DNA of 35,979 bases, taken from assembly GCA_963651605.1 (NCBI GenBank), contig CAVJQR010000004.1:1-35979 (forward strand), in the 5' to 3' direction. Shown here in pieces: positions 9,240-18,508 of this stretch. The notes under the pieces were generated by a model. It had not been told where the DNA came from. It did not search any database and was given only the letters and a program-made list of their open reading frames with translations. This stretch comes from Agathobaculum sp. (GTDB lineage Bacteria; Bacteroidota; Bacteroidia; Bacteroidales; Tannerellaceae). Both the position numbers and the translations under genes were made by a program. Position 1 is the stretch's first letter. Each line of letters begins with the position of its first letter.

Positions 9240-9890
9240 TTATTCACCCCATGGTGTGAGAGTAACGCTGCGGAACTCGATCGGGCCGCCCTCGCTTTGC
9301 AATCCAATGTAGCCCTCTTTCACGCGGTTGGTACCGGTATTTTGGTAGACACCATTGATATAGACGGTGATGGTACCGTTCTTTACGAAAATATTGGCCT
9401 CGTTCCATTCGCCGGGTGTTGCCTCTGTCGATTCGGTATGTTTCTTTACGACAGGGAATTTTGGGCGAGGTTCGCCCGGTTTGCCTTGATACTCAGCCAA
9501 GTCGGAGCCTCCCAGCAAGACAAAGTCGCCTGCATCGCCTGCATGCAGCTGGCATTCGATGCCGTTAGGGAACGGATTCTTAGGGTCGGCTATCAGCAAG
9601 AAGATGCCACTGTTGGCCGTCTTCCCTTCGGGCCATCGCCATTCGACGTGCAGTTTGTAGTTGCTGTATTGGTTTTTCGTATACATATATCCGAACGGAT
9701 TGCCGGCTATTTGAATCAAACCATTCTTCACAGAAAAAACTTGTTCGGCAGGAACAGCGTTCTTGTCGACAACAAAGTTCCAGTTCGACAAATCCTTTCC
9801 GTTGAATAACTTCTCTGTTTTTTGAGCTTGTGCTGAGCCTCCTGCCACGAGAAGTGCCAATGCCAAGCCTGCTATCAAACTTCTTTTCAT
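9240..9890 (-). CDS. DUF1080 (3-keto-disaccharide hydrolase-like) exported protein
   Basis: Signal peptide; LFNGKDLSNW, NSGIF, GEWN and GYIGLQSEGGPIEFR motifs. Confidence 0.88.
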   Translation of the reverse strand: MKRSLIAGLALALLVAGGSAQAQKTEKLFNGKDLSNWNFVVDKNAVPAEQVFSVKNGLIQIAGNPFGYMYTKNQYSNYKLHVEWRWPEGKTANSGIFLLIADPKNPFPNGIECQLHAGDAGDFVLLGGSDLAEYQGKPGEPRPKFPVVKKHTESTEATPGEWNEANIFVKNGTITVYINGVYQNTGTNRVKEGYIGLQSEGGPIEFRSVTLTPWGE

Positions 9891-9912
9891 GATTTATGTT
9901 TGTTTTTTATGG

Positions 9913-11601
9913 TTAATCCACGATCAATTTGCGATAACGTACACGCTTCGGCTCTTCATAGCCCGATTGTTTGCGCTTGTACTCTTCATATTCAGAGTAG
10001 CCACCTTCGAAGAATACCACGTTTGAATCGCCCTCGAACGAGAGAATATGTGTACAGATGCGGTCAAGGAACCAGCGGTCGTGAGATACTACCACCGCAC
10101 AACCGGCGAAGTTCTCGAGGCCCTCTTCCAAGGCACGCAGCGTGTTGACGTCAATGTCGTTCGTCGGCTCATCGAGCAGCAGCACATTGGCTTCGGCTTT
10201 CAAGGTCAGGGCCAGATGCAGACGGTTGCGCTCTCCGCCGGAGAGGACACCGCACAACTTCTCCTGATCGGCTCCGGCAAAGTTGAACTTCGAGAGGTAG
10301 GCGCGGGAGTTGATCTCTTTTCCGCCGACACGGATGAAGTCATTGCCGCCCGACACGACTTGATAAACAGATTTCTTCGGGTCGATATCTTTATGGGTTT
10401 GGTCGGCATACCCCACACGAACGGTTTCTCCTACTTCAAACTCGCCCTTGTCGATACATTCCTGCCCCATGATCATCTTGAAAAGAGTCGTCTTGCCGGC
10501 ACCATTCGGCCCAATTACTCCGACGATGCCGTTAGGTGGCAGCATGAAGTTCAGGTCGTCGAACAGCAGTTTGTCGCCAAACGCTTTGGCTACATGGTGT
10601 GCTTCGATCACCTTGTTGCCCAAACGAGGTCCGTTCGGTATGAAGATTTCCAGCTTGGCTTCGCGCTCTTTCTGATCTTCGTTCAGCAATTTCTCATACG
10701 AATTCAGACGGGCCTTGCCTTTAGCCTGGCGCGCTTTTGGTGCCATATTGATCCATTCCAGCTCACGCTCGAGTGTCTTGCGCCGTTTGCTGGCCTGTTT
10801 CTCCTCTTGTGCCATACGCTTTGTCTTTTGGTCGAGCCATGAAGAGTAGTTGCCCTTCCAAGGAATACCCTCGCCACGATCCAACTCCAAAATCCAACCG
10901 GCCACATGATCGAGGAAATAGCGGTCGTGCGTGATGCAGATAACCGTGCCCGCATATTGTTGCAAGTGCTGTTCGAGCCAGTCGATCGACTCGGCATCCA
11001 AGTGGTTGGTCGGCTCGTCGAGGAGCAACACGTCGGGCTGTTGCAGCAACAGACGGCAGAGGGCTACGCGGCGGCGCTCACCACCGGACAAGGTGTCCAC
11101 TATCTGATCTTCGGGTGGACAGCGCAAAGCGTCCATTGCCCGCTCGAGTTTCGTGTCGAGGTTCCATGCGTCGGTGGCATCGATGCGGTCTTGCAGTTCT
11201 GCCTGTCGGGTGATGAGTGCGTCCATCTTGTCGGGATTTTCTAACACTTCGGGGTCGCCAAAGCGTTCATTCACCTCTTCATACTCTTTGAGTAGGTCGA
11301 CAATGCCCTGAACCCCCTCTTGAACCACTTCCTTGACTGTCTTGCCTGCTTCCAGTTTCGGGTCCTGTTCGAGGTAACCCACCGTATAGCCCGGCGAGAA
11401 TACCACTTCGCCTTGATATTCTTTGTCTATTCCTGCGATGATCTTGAGCAATGTTGATTTTCCTGAGCCATTCAAACCGATGATACCGATCTTGGCTCCA
11501 TAGAAAAAGGATAGGTAGATGTTTTTCAATACCTGCTTTTGTGGTGGAAAAATCTTGCTGACTCCCACCATGGAGAAAATAATCTTTTTGTCGTCCGCCA
11601 T
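9913..11601 (-). CDS. ettA: Energy-dependent translational throttle ABC-F protein EttA
   Basis: 562 aa, two ABC domains (GLNGSGKST, GPNGAGKTT), no TM segments; LKNIYLSFFYGAKIG, LERELEW and ARQAKGKARL linker. Confidence 0.93.
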   Translation of the reverse strand: MADDKKIIFSMVGVSKIFPPQKQVLKNIYLSFFYGAKIGIIGLNGSGKSTLLKIIAGIDKEYQGEVVFSPGYTVGYLEQDPKLEAGKTVKEVVQEGVQGIVDLLKEYEEVNERFGDPEVLENPDKMDALITRQAELQDRIDATDAWNLDTKLERAMDALRCPPEDQIVDTLSGGERRRVALCRLLLQQPDVLLLDEPTNHLDAESIDWLEQHLQQYAGTVICITHDRYFLDHVAGWILELDRGEGIPWKGNYSSWLDQKTKRMAQEEKQASKRRKTLERELEWINMAPKARQAKGKARLNSYEKLLNEDQKEREAKLEIFIPNGPRLGNKVIEAHHVAKAFGDKLLFDDLNFMLPPNGIVGVIGPNGAGKTTLFKMIMGQECIDKGEFEVGETVRVGYADQTHKDIDPKKSVYQVVSGGNDFIRVGGKEINSRAYLSKFNFAGADQEKLCGVLSGGERNRLHLALTLKAEANVLLLDEPTNDIDVNTLRALEEGLENFAGCAVVVSHDRWFLDRICTHILSFEGDSNVVFFEGGYSEYEEYKRKQSGYEEPKRVRYRKLIVD

Positions 11602-11679
11602 ATCTTTGTTTTTAATGGAAAATGATAGTTATGTCTCTTCTTAGCGAGGCGTTGCGCCCCTCCTGAAATATAACTTTTA

Positions 11680-11687
11680 CAAAGCTA
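11680..11687 (-). promoter_or_regulatory. -7 promoter box (TAGCTTTG) for ettA
   Basis: TAnnTTTG on the minus strand about 78 nt upstream of the ATG. Confidence 0.55.
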
Positions 11688-11696
11688 CTGTTTTTT

Positions 11697-11727
11697 TTTG
11701 TGATTTCTAAATTTATCCATAGATTTG
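11697..11727 (+). promoter_or_regulatory. -33/-7 promoter for cytidylate-kinase-like gene
   Basis: TTTG (11697-11700), 19-nt spacer, TAGATTTG (11720-11727). Confidence 0.6.
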
Positions 11728-11771
11728 CGTAAGAAGAAAACGAATAAACCAATAAAAGACAAAAAACAAAA

Positions 11772-12401
11772 ATGGATACAAACGAGCATCGCATCATATT
11801 GACTATCGGCCGACAGTTCGGCAGTGGCGGCCGCCAGATCGGAAAGAAGCTGGCAAAGGCTTTCGGCATTGGCTATTACGACGACGAACTGATCGGAGTA
11901 GCGGCCCGAGAGAGTGGCCTCTGCAAGGAGATTTTTGAGAAGGCAGACGAGAAAGCCTCCAACAATCTGGCCTATACCTTCACGATGGGCTATCCGTATG
12001 TGGGAATGTACATGCCCTACAACAATGTCCTTTCGAACGACGAACTGTTCCGCATTCAAAGCGATGCGATCAGAAACCTGGCAGCAAAAGAGGCGTGCGT
12101 CATGGTGGGCCGTTGTGCGGACTACATCTTGCGCGACAATCCTGACTGCATCAGCTTCTTTATCCATAATCGGTCGGAGGTGCGCATCCAGCGCATTGTC
12201 GAGAGTGAACACCTCACTCCTGAAGAGGCCAAGGCATTGATGGAGAAGAAAGACAGGGCGCGTGCGGCCTACTACAATTATTATACGAACAAGACATGGG
12301 GCGCTTCCGCCTCCTACAACCTGTCGATCGACGCATCCGTGCTGGGTATTGAAGGAACAGTCGCCTTCATCCGGTCGTTCGTTGAGCAGAAGTATAAATA
12401 A
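11772..12401 (+). CDS. Cytidylate kinase-like family protein (Cytidylate_kin2)
   Basis: TIGRQFGSGGRQIG P-loop variant, VGRCADYIL and D..RA.YYNYYT..WG...Y.L.ID.S motifs. Confidence 0.88.
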   Translation: MDTNEHRIILTIGRQFGSGGRQIGKKLAKAFGIGYYDDELIGVAARESGLCKEIFEKADEKASNNLAYTFTMGYPYVGMYMPYNNVLSNDELFRIQSDAIRNLAAKEACVMVGRCADYILRDNPDCISFFIHNRSEVRIQRIVESEHLTPEEAKALMEKKDRARAAYYNYYTNKTWGASASYNLSIDASVLGIEGTVAFIRSFVEQKYK

Positions 12402-12414
12402 AACATCCGAGTAC

Positions 12415-12488
12415 TGAAAAAGTTTCTCCGCATAAAACTCCGGTTTTCCCCCGAGTGAACTCGAGTTTTCTCCCGAGAAACTTTTTCA
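12415..12488 (+). repeat. Modular 22-bp-period repeat, copy 1 (2 units, 74 bp)
   Basis: TGAAAAAGTTTCTCCG-CATA-AAACTCCGGTTT-TCCCCCGAGT-GAACTCGAGTTT-TCTC-CCGAGAAACTTTTTCA; outer flanks CCGAGT (12407-12412) / ACTCGG (12491-12496) extend the IR. Confidence 0.9.
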
Positions 12489-12592
12489 AAACTCGGGAGA
12501 AGCTTTTTTATAGCTGCCCAACAACAAGCAACCGAATGGCGAGGATTGAGATAAATGTTCGGTAGATGTTGTTGCTTTTCGCAAGACCTTGA

Positions 12593-13483
12593 CTATTTAT
12601 TCTTGCGATACGTCTGCGGCGTACACCCCACATGCCGTTTGAAATATTTGCAAAAGAAGCTGGGCGTTGGAAAGTTCAGCTCGTCGGCTATCTGAACAAT
12701 CTGCGCATGGCTATGGCGCAGTTTGACCTTGGCCGAGGTGATCACCGCCTTGTCGATCCACTCTTTGGCCGATGTTCCGCTTGTTTGTCGCACGATAGTG
12801 CTCAGATAGCGCTCCGTTATACATAATTTCCCTGCATAAAACGCCAGTTGCCGATACTCGTGGCAGTGATGGTTGACCAGATCGATGAACTTGTCGAACA
12901 GCTCGTTGGCGGAGTTTGGGGCGGGGGCCTGTCCATGTTTGTTTTGAAAGATGTCGTTATAATAGTAGGTAATGGCCGCGATTTGGTGAGAAACCACCTC
13001 TGTGCCGGCCGATTCGCTCTTCACCAAGTTGAACAGCAGATGGAACATGTTGAAAAGCAACTCTTGCTCGGATGGCGAAAGAATCATCTGTCCATCTTTC
13101 ATCGGGCTGTTGAAGATTGTCGGCAGACGGTTTTGATGCACCACATGGAAGAGATCGGACGGAAGACTTACCCCCATGATCTCTGCGTCGTCGCTCATGT
13201 CGATGAGTTCGATAATTGACCCCGGCGTGATGAACGCTGCAGTACCCGGCGTGATGGTGTGCTCTTGCAGGTTGATGATGTTCGTGATTTTCCCCTTTTT
13301 CAAGATACCCATGCGGTAATCTTCCTGCATGAAAGGGGTATGTGTCTGAATGAAATAATTCAATCCGCTGAGGCCTGTGGTGGTGGCCATCTGATGGTCG
13401 AAATAGATATTCTCCATCGGTGTGCCCGAATGGTTGATCCGTTGGAAAATATCCTCCATAGTGAGTTTCTGAACTTGTTTCAT
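12593..13483 (-). CDS. AraC family transcriptional regulator
   Basis: C-terminal double HTH (FYAGKLCITERYLS; IADELNFPTPSFFCKYFKRHVGCTP..YR). Start placed at MKQVQK, downstream of a TACCTTTA -7-like box. Confidence 0.9.
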   Translation of the reverse strand: MKQVQKLTMEDIFQRINHSGTPMENIYFDHQMATTTGLSGLNYFIQTHTPFMQEDYRMGILKKGKITNIINLQEHTITPGTAAFITPGSIIELIDMSDDAEIMGVSLPSDLFHVVHQNRLPTIFNSPMKDGQMILSPSEQELLFNMFHLLFNLVKSESAGTEVVSHQIAAITYYYNDIFQNKHGQAPAPNSANELFDKFIDLVNHHCHEYRQLAFYAGKLCITERYLSTIVRQTSGTSAKEWIDKAVITSAKVKLRHSHAQIVQIADELNFPTPSFFCKYFKRHVGCTPQTYRKNK

Positions 13484-13663
13484 ATACTTGTCGTTTGGTG
13501 CGGTAAAGGTAGTTTGTTTTGGCGAGAATAGAAGCATGGTTGTTGAATGTTTTTTTCAAAAATGACCATGATGGTGCGAGTTGTTTCTGATAAAATGAAA
13601 AATATCATACAAAAAGAACATAATTGTCTCGTTTCAGGTAATTCTTTCGAAAGGAGAACCTGC

Positions 13664-13671
13664 TACTTTTG
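13664..13671 (+). promoter_or_regulatory. -7 promoter box (TACTTTTG) for efflux operon
   Basis: TAnnTTTG 25 nt upstream of ATG 13697. Confidence 0.6.
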
Positions 13672-13696
13672 TCAGCAAATAAAACAGACAAAAACA

Positions 13697-15028
13697 ATGG
13701 GAACGAAAATCATTCTACTAAGTTGTTGCGGCCTCTTTCTGAGCCTCTCTTCGCAGGCAGCTGAGAGGGTAGAGGAAAGCTCCTCTTCACCGACCGAGGT
13801 GCTTCAGGCAGATACGCCCCTTACATTGGAGAAATGCTGCGAGATGGCGCACGACAATTATCCTGCGATTCGACAATATGGATTGGTTGAGAAGTTGCGT
13901 TCTTTTACCGTTGAGAATGTGGCAAAGGGTTGGTTGCCGCGCATTAGTTTTTCAGCGGGCGGATTTGCTTTTACCGACCTCTTGAATGGGTCGGCGGTTA
14001 CACAACAGATGGGGCTCGAGATGGAGAATTATTTGCTGAGCGGCTCGGTAACTGTCACGCAACCCCTCTATGATGGCGGACAGATTGCCGCCGGTAAGCG
14101 GGTGGCCGATGCGCAAGGCGAGGTGCAAAGGCAGCAGGTGGCGGTGACGATGTACGCTGTTCGCGAGCGGATCGAGCAACTGTTCTTTTCCATTTTGCTG
14201 CTCGACGAGCAACTTTCGCAAAACACTCTTCTGCAAAGCGACTTGGCCGTCAGTGAAAAGAGCGTGAGGAGTTGGATGGAAGGCGGAGTAGCCAACCAAG
14301 GCGATTGGGAGGCAGTGCGCGTCGAACAGCTCAAAGTCGAGCAGCAAGCAGACCAATTGCAGGCCTCGCGCGGGACGTTTCTTCGAATGTTGAGCCTATT
14401 TGTGGGGCAATCGCTGACGGAACATACAGCGTTTGAGCGGCCTACTGCCGATGATCATGCGCTTGAGCGGAAGCCTCGCCCCGAGATGCTTTACTACGCT
14501 TCGCAGGAGAAGTTGCTCGAACAACAACGCAAGCAGTTGGACAGCCGACTGCGCCCCACCTTGAGCTTGATGGGAGTGGGTCTTGTTCATTCCGATCTTG
14601 TCACGGTCGCTCAGCAAAACGCACTGTTGAAGAAAGGAATCGTATTGGGTGGCCTCTCCTTTTCGTGGAATATAGGAGCATGGTATACTCGCAAAAATGA
14701 CATACGAAAGTTGGAAACAGAGCGGGAAATGAACGATACCCGGCGCAGGTTGTTCCTCTTCAATAACCAATTGCAAAGCGAAGAGAGCGACGGACAGATA
14801 CGGGCCTTGCGGCAGCAGGTGGCGCGCGATGCGGAGATTGTGCAACTGCGGCAAAGCATTCGGGCAAAGAGCGATGCGAAAGTCGCAGCGGGAACCGAGA
14901 GCGTCAATGAGCTGCTGCGCGATATTCATGCCGTCCATGCAGCGGAAGGGCAGAAATCCATCCATGAGGTGGAACTGCTACAAGCCATTTATCGAAGTCG
15001 AACCATTCATAATGATATGCAGAAATGA
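13697..15028 (+). CDS. TolC family outer-membrane efflux protein
   Basis: Signal peptide; LTLEKC..MA.DNYP, WLPRIS, QPLYDGG and coiled-coil repeats; first gene of a HlyD/ABC operon. Confidence 0.88.
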   Translation: MGTKIILLSCCGLFLSLSSQAAERVEESSSSPTEVLQADTPLTLEKCCEMAHDNYPAIRQYGLVEKLRSFTVENVAKGWLPRISFSAGGFAFTDLLNGSAVTQQMGLEMENYLLSGSVTVTQPLYDGGQIAAGKRVADAQGEVQRQQVAVTMYAVRERIEQLFFSILLLDEQLSQNTLLQSDLAVSEKSVRSWMEGGVANQGDWEAVRVEQLKVEQQADQLQASRGTFLRMLSLFVGQSLTEHTAFERPTADDHALERKPRPEMLYYASQEKLLEQQRKQLDSRLRPTLSLMGVGLVHSDLVTVAQQNALLKKGIVLGGLSFSWNIGAWYTRKNDIRKLETEREMNDTRRRLFLFNNQLQSEESDGQIRALRQQVARDAEIVQLRQSIRAKSDAKVAAGTESVNELLRDIHAVHAAEGQKSIHEVELLQAIYRSRTIHNDMQK

Positions 15029-15948
15029 AACAGAAAAAGAATAGATTATACGGATTATTAGGCTTGGGGATGCTACTGTTGGCGGCATGCTCTGACGAGA
15101 AACAGGCCTATGATGCAACGGGTACTTTCGAAGCTACGGAGGTAATTGTATCAGCAGAGCAGAATGGACGCTTGCTTCAGTTGACTATCGCGGAAGGCGA
15201 TGAGGTGGAACAGGGGCAGGAAGTAGGATTGATCGACACCGTGCCGCTCTATTTGACGGCCCGACGTATTGGTGCCACCAAGTTAGTGTATGCTGCACAA
15301 CGGCCTGACTTGCAGAAGCAAATTGCAGCGACCCGGCAACAACTTGCCAAAGCTCAGCAGGAGTATGAGCGATGGCGGGGATTGGTGAGCCAAGGGGCGG
15401 CCAATCAAAAACAGGTGGATGACGTCAAGAGTCAGATGGAGGTCCTACAGCGGCAGCTCGATGCACAGACGTCGACCTTGCGAAATGCCGTACAAAGTGT
15501 AGAGGCTCAGATGGGAACCGCCGATATTGAGGCGTTGCAAGTGGTGGATCAGTTGCAGAAATGTCATGTCTCCTCGCCGATAAGCGGCACGATTCTCACC
15601 AAGTATATGGAACAGGGTGAGTTTGCCGCGATTGGAAAGCCCCTTTTCAAGGTGGCGGATATAGAGAAGATGTACATCCGAGCCTATGTCACCTCTTCGC
15701 AGTTGTCGAAGGTGAAGATTGGAGATGAGACCACTGTCTTTGCCGATTATGGAGGGGGCGACCGCCGAATGTATCGTGGAAAGGTCACTTGGATCGCATC
15801 GAAAGCGGAGTTTACGCCTAAGAGTATACTCACCAATGATGAACGTGCCGACCAAGTCTATGCAGTCAAGGTGGCTTTTCAGAATGACGGCTTTGTGAAA
15901 ATTGGCATGTATGGCGAGGTGAAGTTTGGAACAACAGCTCATGAATAA
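15025..15948 (+). CDS. HlyD-family periplasmic adaptor (YbhG-like), lipoprotein
   Basis: LLAAC lipobox, GTFEATEV, lipoyl-like halves, SPISGTI and AEFTPK motif. Confidence 0.9.
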   Translation: MKQKKNRLYGLLGLGMLLLAACSDEKQAYDATGTFEATEVIVSAEQNGRLLQLTIAEGDEVEQGQEVGLIDTVPLYLTARRIGATKLVYAAQRPDLQKQIAATRQQLAKAQQEYERWRGLVSQGAANQKQVDDVKSQMEVLQRQLDAQTSTLRNAVQSVEAQMGTADIEALQVVDQLQKCHVSSPISGTILTKYMEQGEFAAIGKPLFKVADIEKMYIRAYVTSSQLSKVKIGDETTVFADYGGGDRRMYRGKVTWIASKAEFTPKSILTNDERADQVYAVKVAFQNDGFVKIGMYGEVKFGTTAHE

Positions 15949-17410
15949 CAGTATGAAAGCCATCGAATTGCGTCATTTATCGAAACGATACGGCAAGGTT
16001 GAAGCCCTTCGTGACGTCTCTCTCTCAGTCGATGAGGGGGAGATCTTCGGATTGATAGGGCCTGATGGCGCAGGGAAGAGCACCCTTTTCCGCATCTTGG
16101 CCACCCTCTTGCTGCCCGATGGAGGTGAAGCATGCGTTTGTGGCTATGATGTGGTGCGGCAATTGAGGGAGATTCGAAGGATTGTCGGCTATATGCCCGG
16201 TAAATTCTCCCTTTATCAAGACCTTTCCGTAGAGGAGAACCTTCGCTTTTTCGCAGAGCTGTTCGGCACGACTGTCGCTGCTGCTTACGATTTGATCAAG
16301 CCTATCTACGGACAGATCGAACCTTTCAAAGATCGTCGTGCAGGAGCCTTGTCGGGAGGAATGAAGCAAAAGCTGGCTCTTTCTTGTGCGTTGGTCCATA
16401 CGCCGCGCATCCTTTTCCTCGACGAGCCGACGACGGGTGTCGATCCTGTCAGCCGAAAAGAGTTTTGGACAATGCTATCGTTGTTGAAGAAGCAACGGAT
16501 GACGATCATCGTCTCGACCCCTTACTTGGACGAAGTGCGTCAATGCGACCGTATAGCCTTTCTTCAGCAGGGCGAGGTGCGCGGAATTGGCACCCCGGAA
16601 GCCATCTTGCAGCAATTCAAAGCCGTATTTTGTCCGACCGGGTTGGAACAAACCGCCCATGAGACGATGACAACGGCCGAAGAGGAGACGAGCTATGCCA
16701 TTGAAGTGAACCATCTTGTGAAGGCATTTGGCGATTTTCGTGCGGTCAACGACATCTCTTTCCGCGTCAAACGTGGGGAGGTGTTTGGATTTTTGGGAGC
16801 GAATGGTGCGGGAAAGACAACGGCCATGCATATCCTTACCGGCTTGAGCAAGCCCACTGCCGGCACAGGTCAGGTGGCCGGTTGCGATATTGTCACCCAA
16901 TACGAGCAGATCAAGCGCCACATTGGCTATATGAGTCAACGCTTTTCGCTTTATGATGACCTGACAGTGACCGAGAACATTCGCCTCTTTGCCGGCATCT
17001 ATGGGATGAGTGATGCGGCTATTCGTCGGAAGACGAAGCAGTTGCTCGAGCAACTTCACTTCGAAGAGCATGCCAACGACCTGGTAGCCGGCCTGCCATT
17101 GGGTTGGAAGCAGAAGCTTGCCTTCTCGGTCAGTATCTTTCACGACCCGGAGATTGTCTTTTTGGATGAGCCGACGGGAGGAGTCGATCCTGCCACGCGC
17201 CACCAGTTTTGGCAGCTTATTTATGAAGCGGCAAGGCGAGGCATTACTGTTTTTGTGACGACCCACTACATGGACGAGGCTGAGTATTGCGACCGTATCT
17301 CCATCATGGTGGCGGGAAAGATTAAGGCGATGGGTACCCCCGACGAGTTGAAGCGGGAATATCATCAGCCCGATATGGACCATTTATTTACTTATTTAGC
17401 ACGAACATGA
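15941..17410 (+). CDS. ABC transporter ATP-binding protein with two NBDs (YbhF-like)
   Basis: Two Walker A (GPDGAGKST, GANGAGKTT) and two LDEPT motifs; LSGGMKQKL and degenerate LPLGWKQKL signatures. Start is 15941 or 15953. Confidence 0.9.
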   Translation: MNNSMKAIELRHLSKRYGKVEALRDVSLSVDEGEIFGLIGPDGAGKSTLFRILATLLLPDGGEACVCGYDVVRQLREIRRIVGYMPGKFSLYQDLSVEENLRFFAELFGTTVAAAYDLIKPIYGQIEPFKDRRAGALSGGMKQKLALSCALVHTPRILFLDEPTTGVDPVSRKEFWTMLSLLKKQRMTIIVSTPYLDEVRQCDRIAFLQQGEVRGIGTPEAILQQFKAVFCPTGLEQTAHETMTTAEEETSYAIEVNHLVKAFGDFRAVNDISFRVKRGEVFGFLGANGAGKTTAMHILTGLSKPTAGTGQVAGCDIVTQYEQIKRHIGYMSQRFSLYDDLTVTENIRLFAGIYGMSDAAIRRKTKQLLEQLHFEEHANDLVAGLPLGWKQKLAFSVSIFHDPEIVFLDEPTGGVDPATRHQFWQLIYEAARRGITVFVTTHYMDEAEYCDRISIMVAGKIKAMGTPDELKREYHQPDMDHLFTYLART

Positions 17411-18504
17411 AACTATTTTTCTCCTTTGTAATCAAAGAGATGCACCATATTCTCCGCGACAAGCGCACGATGCTTATCCTTTTCGGCATGCCGGTGGTCA
17501 TGATGCTGCTTTTCGGCTTTGCCATTTCCACCGATGTGAAGAATGTTCGTACGGTGGTAGTCCGCTCGTCGTTGGATGAAGAGACCCGGAAGTTGGTGGA
17601 CCGCTTGTCGGCCAACGAATATTTCATCCTCACCGATATCGTCTCCACCCCTGCAGAAGCTGAACAGTTGATCCGCCATCAGCAGGCGGATATGGCCGTG
17701 GTTTTTGCTTCAGATTATGCGGCCAAGCAAGCATTGTTGACGACTGCTTCGGAAGCGGCTACGGTAGATGGTCCTCTGTTGCAGGTGATCACTGACGGCA
17801 CTGATCCGAATATGGCGCAGCAATATGCCGCATATGTGTCGCAGATCCTCTACTCGTCGACGACTCCCTTCTCGATGCAGATGCTTTACAATCCGCAGAT
17901 GCGCAGCTGTTATAACTTCGTTCCTGGCATCATGGGTGTGATCTTGATCTTGATTTGTGCGCTGATGACCTCCATCAGCATCGCCAGAGAGAAGGAGCGC
18001 GGCACGATGGAATTGCTGTTGGTCAGCCCGGCCCGCCCGCTGCTGATCGTCATGGCCAAGGTGGTTCCCTATTTGCTGTTGGCGTTTACGATCTTGGCCA
18101 GTATCCTATTGATATCCAAGTTTATACTTGCTGTTCCCATTGCGGGCGGCATCGGGTGGATTGTTTTGGTGGCCGGTATCTACATTGTCTTGGCCCTTTC
18201 GTTGGGGTTGCTGATCAGCACTATAGCGCGGACGCAGTTGGTGGCCCTCTTGGCATCGGCCATTCTACTGATGCTTCCCAGCATCCTTCTTAGTGGCATG
18301 ATGTTTCCTATCGAGAGCATGCCGCTTCCCTTACAATATGTCTCGGCCATCATGCCACCACGCTATTTCATCGCTGCCATGCGAAAGTTGATGATCATGG
18401 GGGTGGGCATTGACAAGGTGGTGCATGAAATAGTGATATTGGTGGGCATGGCTCTTTTCCTTTTGGCGATGGCCTTGCGGATGTTTAACAAACGATTGTC
18501 ATAA
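17407..18504 (+). CDS. ABC-2 type permease (YbhS-like)
   Basis: KEMHHILRD, YNP..FVPG, REKERGTME.L.VSP and LLSGMMFPIESMP motifs. Confidence 0.9.
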   Translation: MKLFFSFVIKEMHHILRDKRTMLILFGMPVVMMLLFGFAISTDVKNVRTVVVRSSLDEETRKLVDRLSANEYFILTDIVSTPAEAEQLIRHQQADMAVVFASDYAAKQALLTTASEAATVDGPLLQVITDGTDPNMAQQYAAYVSQILYSSTTPFSMQMLYNPQMRSCYNFVPGIMGVILILICALMTSISIAREKERGTMELLLVSPARPLLIVMAKVVPYLLLAFTILASILLISKFILAVPIAGGIGWIVLVAGIYIVLALSLGLLISTIARTQLVALLASAILLMLPSILLSGMMFPIESMPLPLQYVSAIMPPRYFIAAMRKLMIMGVGIDKVVHEIVILVGMALFLLAMALRMFNKRLS

Positions 18505-18508
18505 GTAT

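Noticed and set aside
12519..12574. Loose inverted repeat CAACAACA..ACCGAA / TTCGGT..TGTTGTTG
   Set aside because: The stem is interrupted with a large loop, and I see no second copy. It may be a weak 3' structure but cannot be supported.
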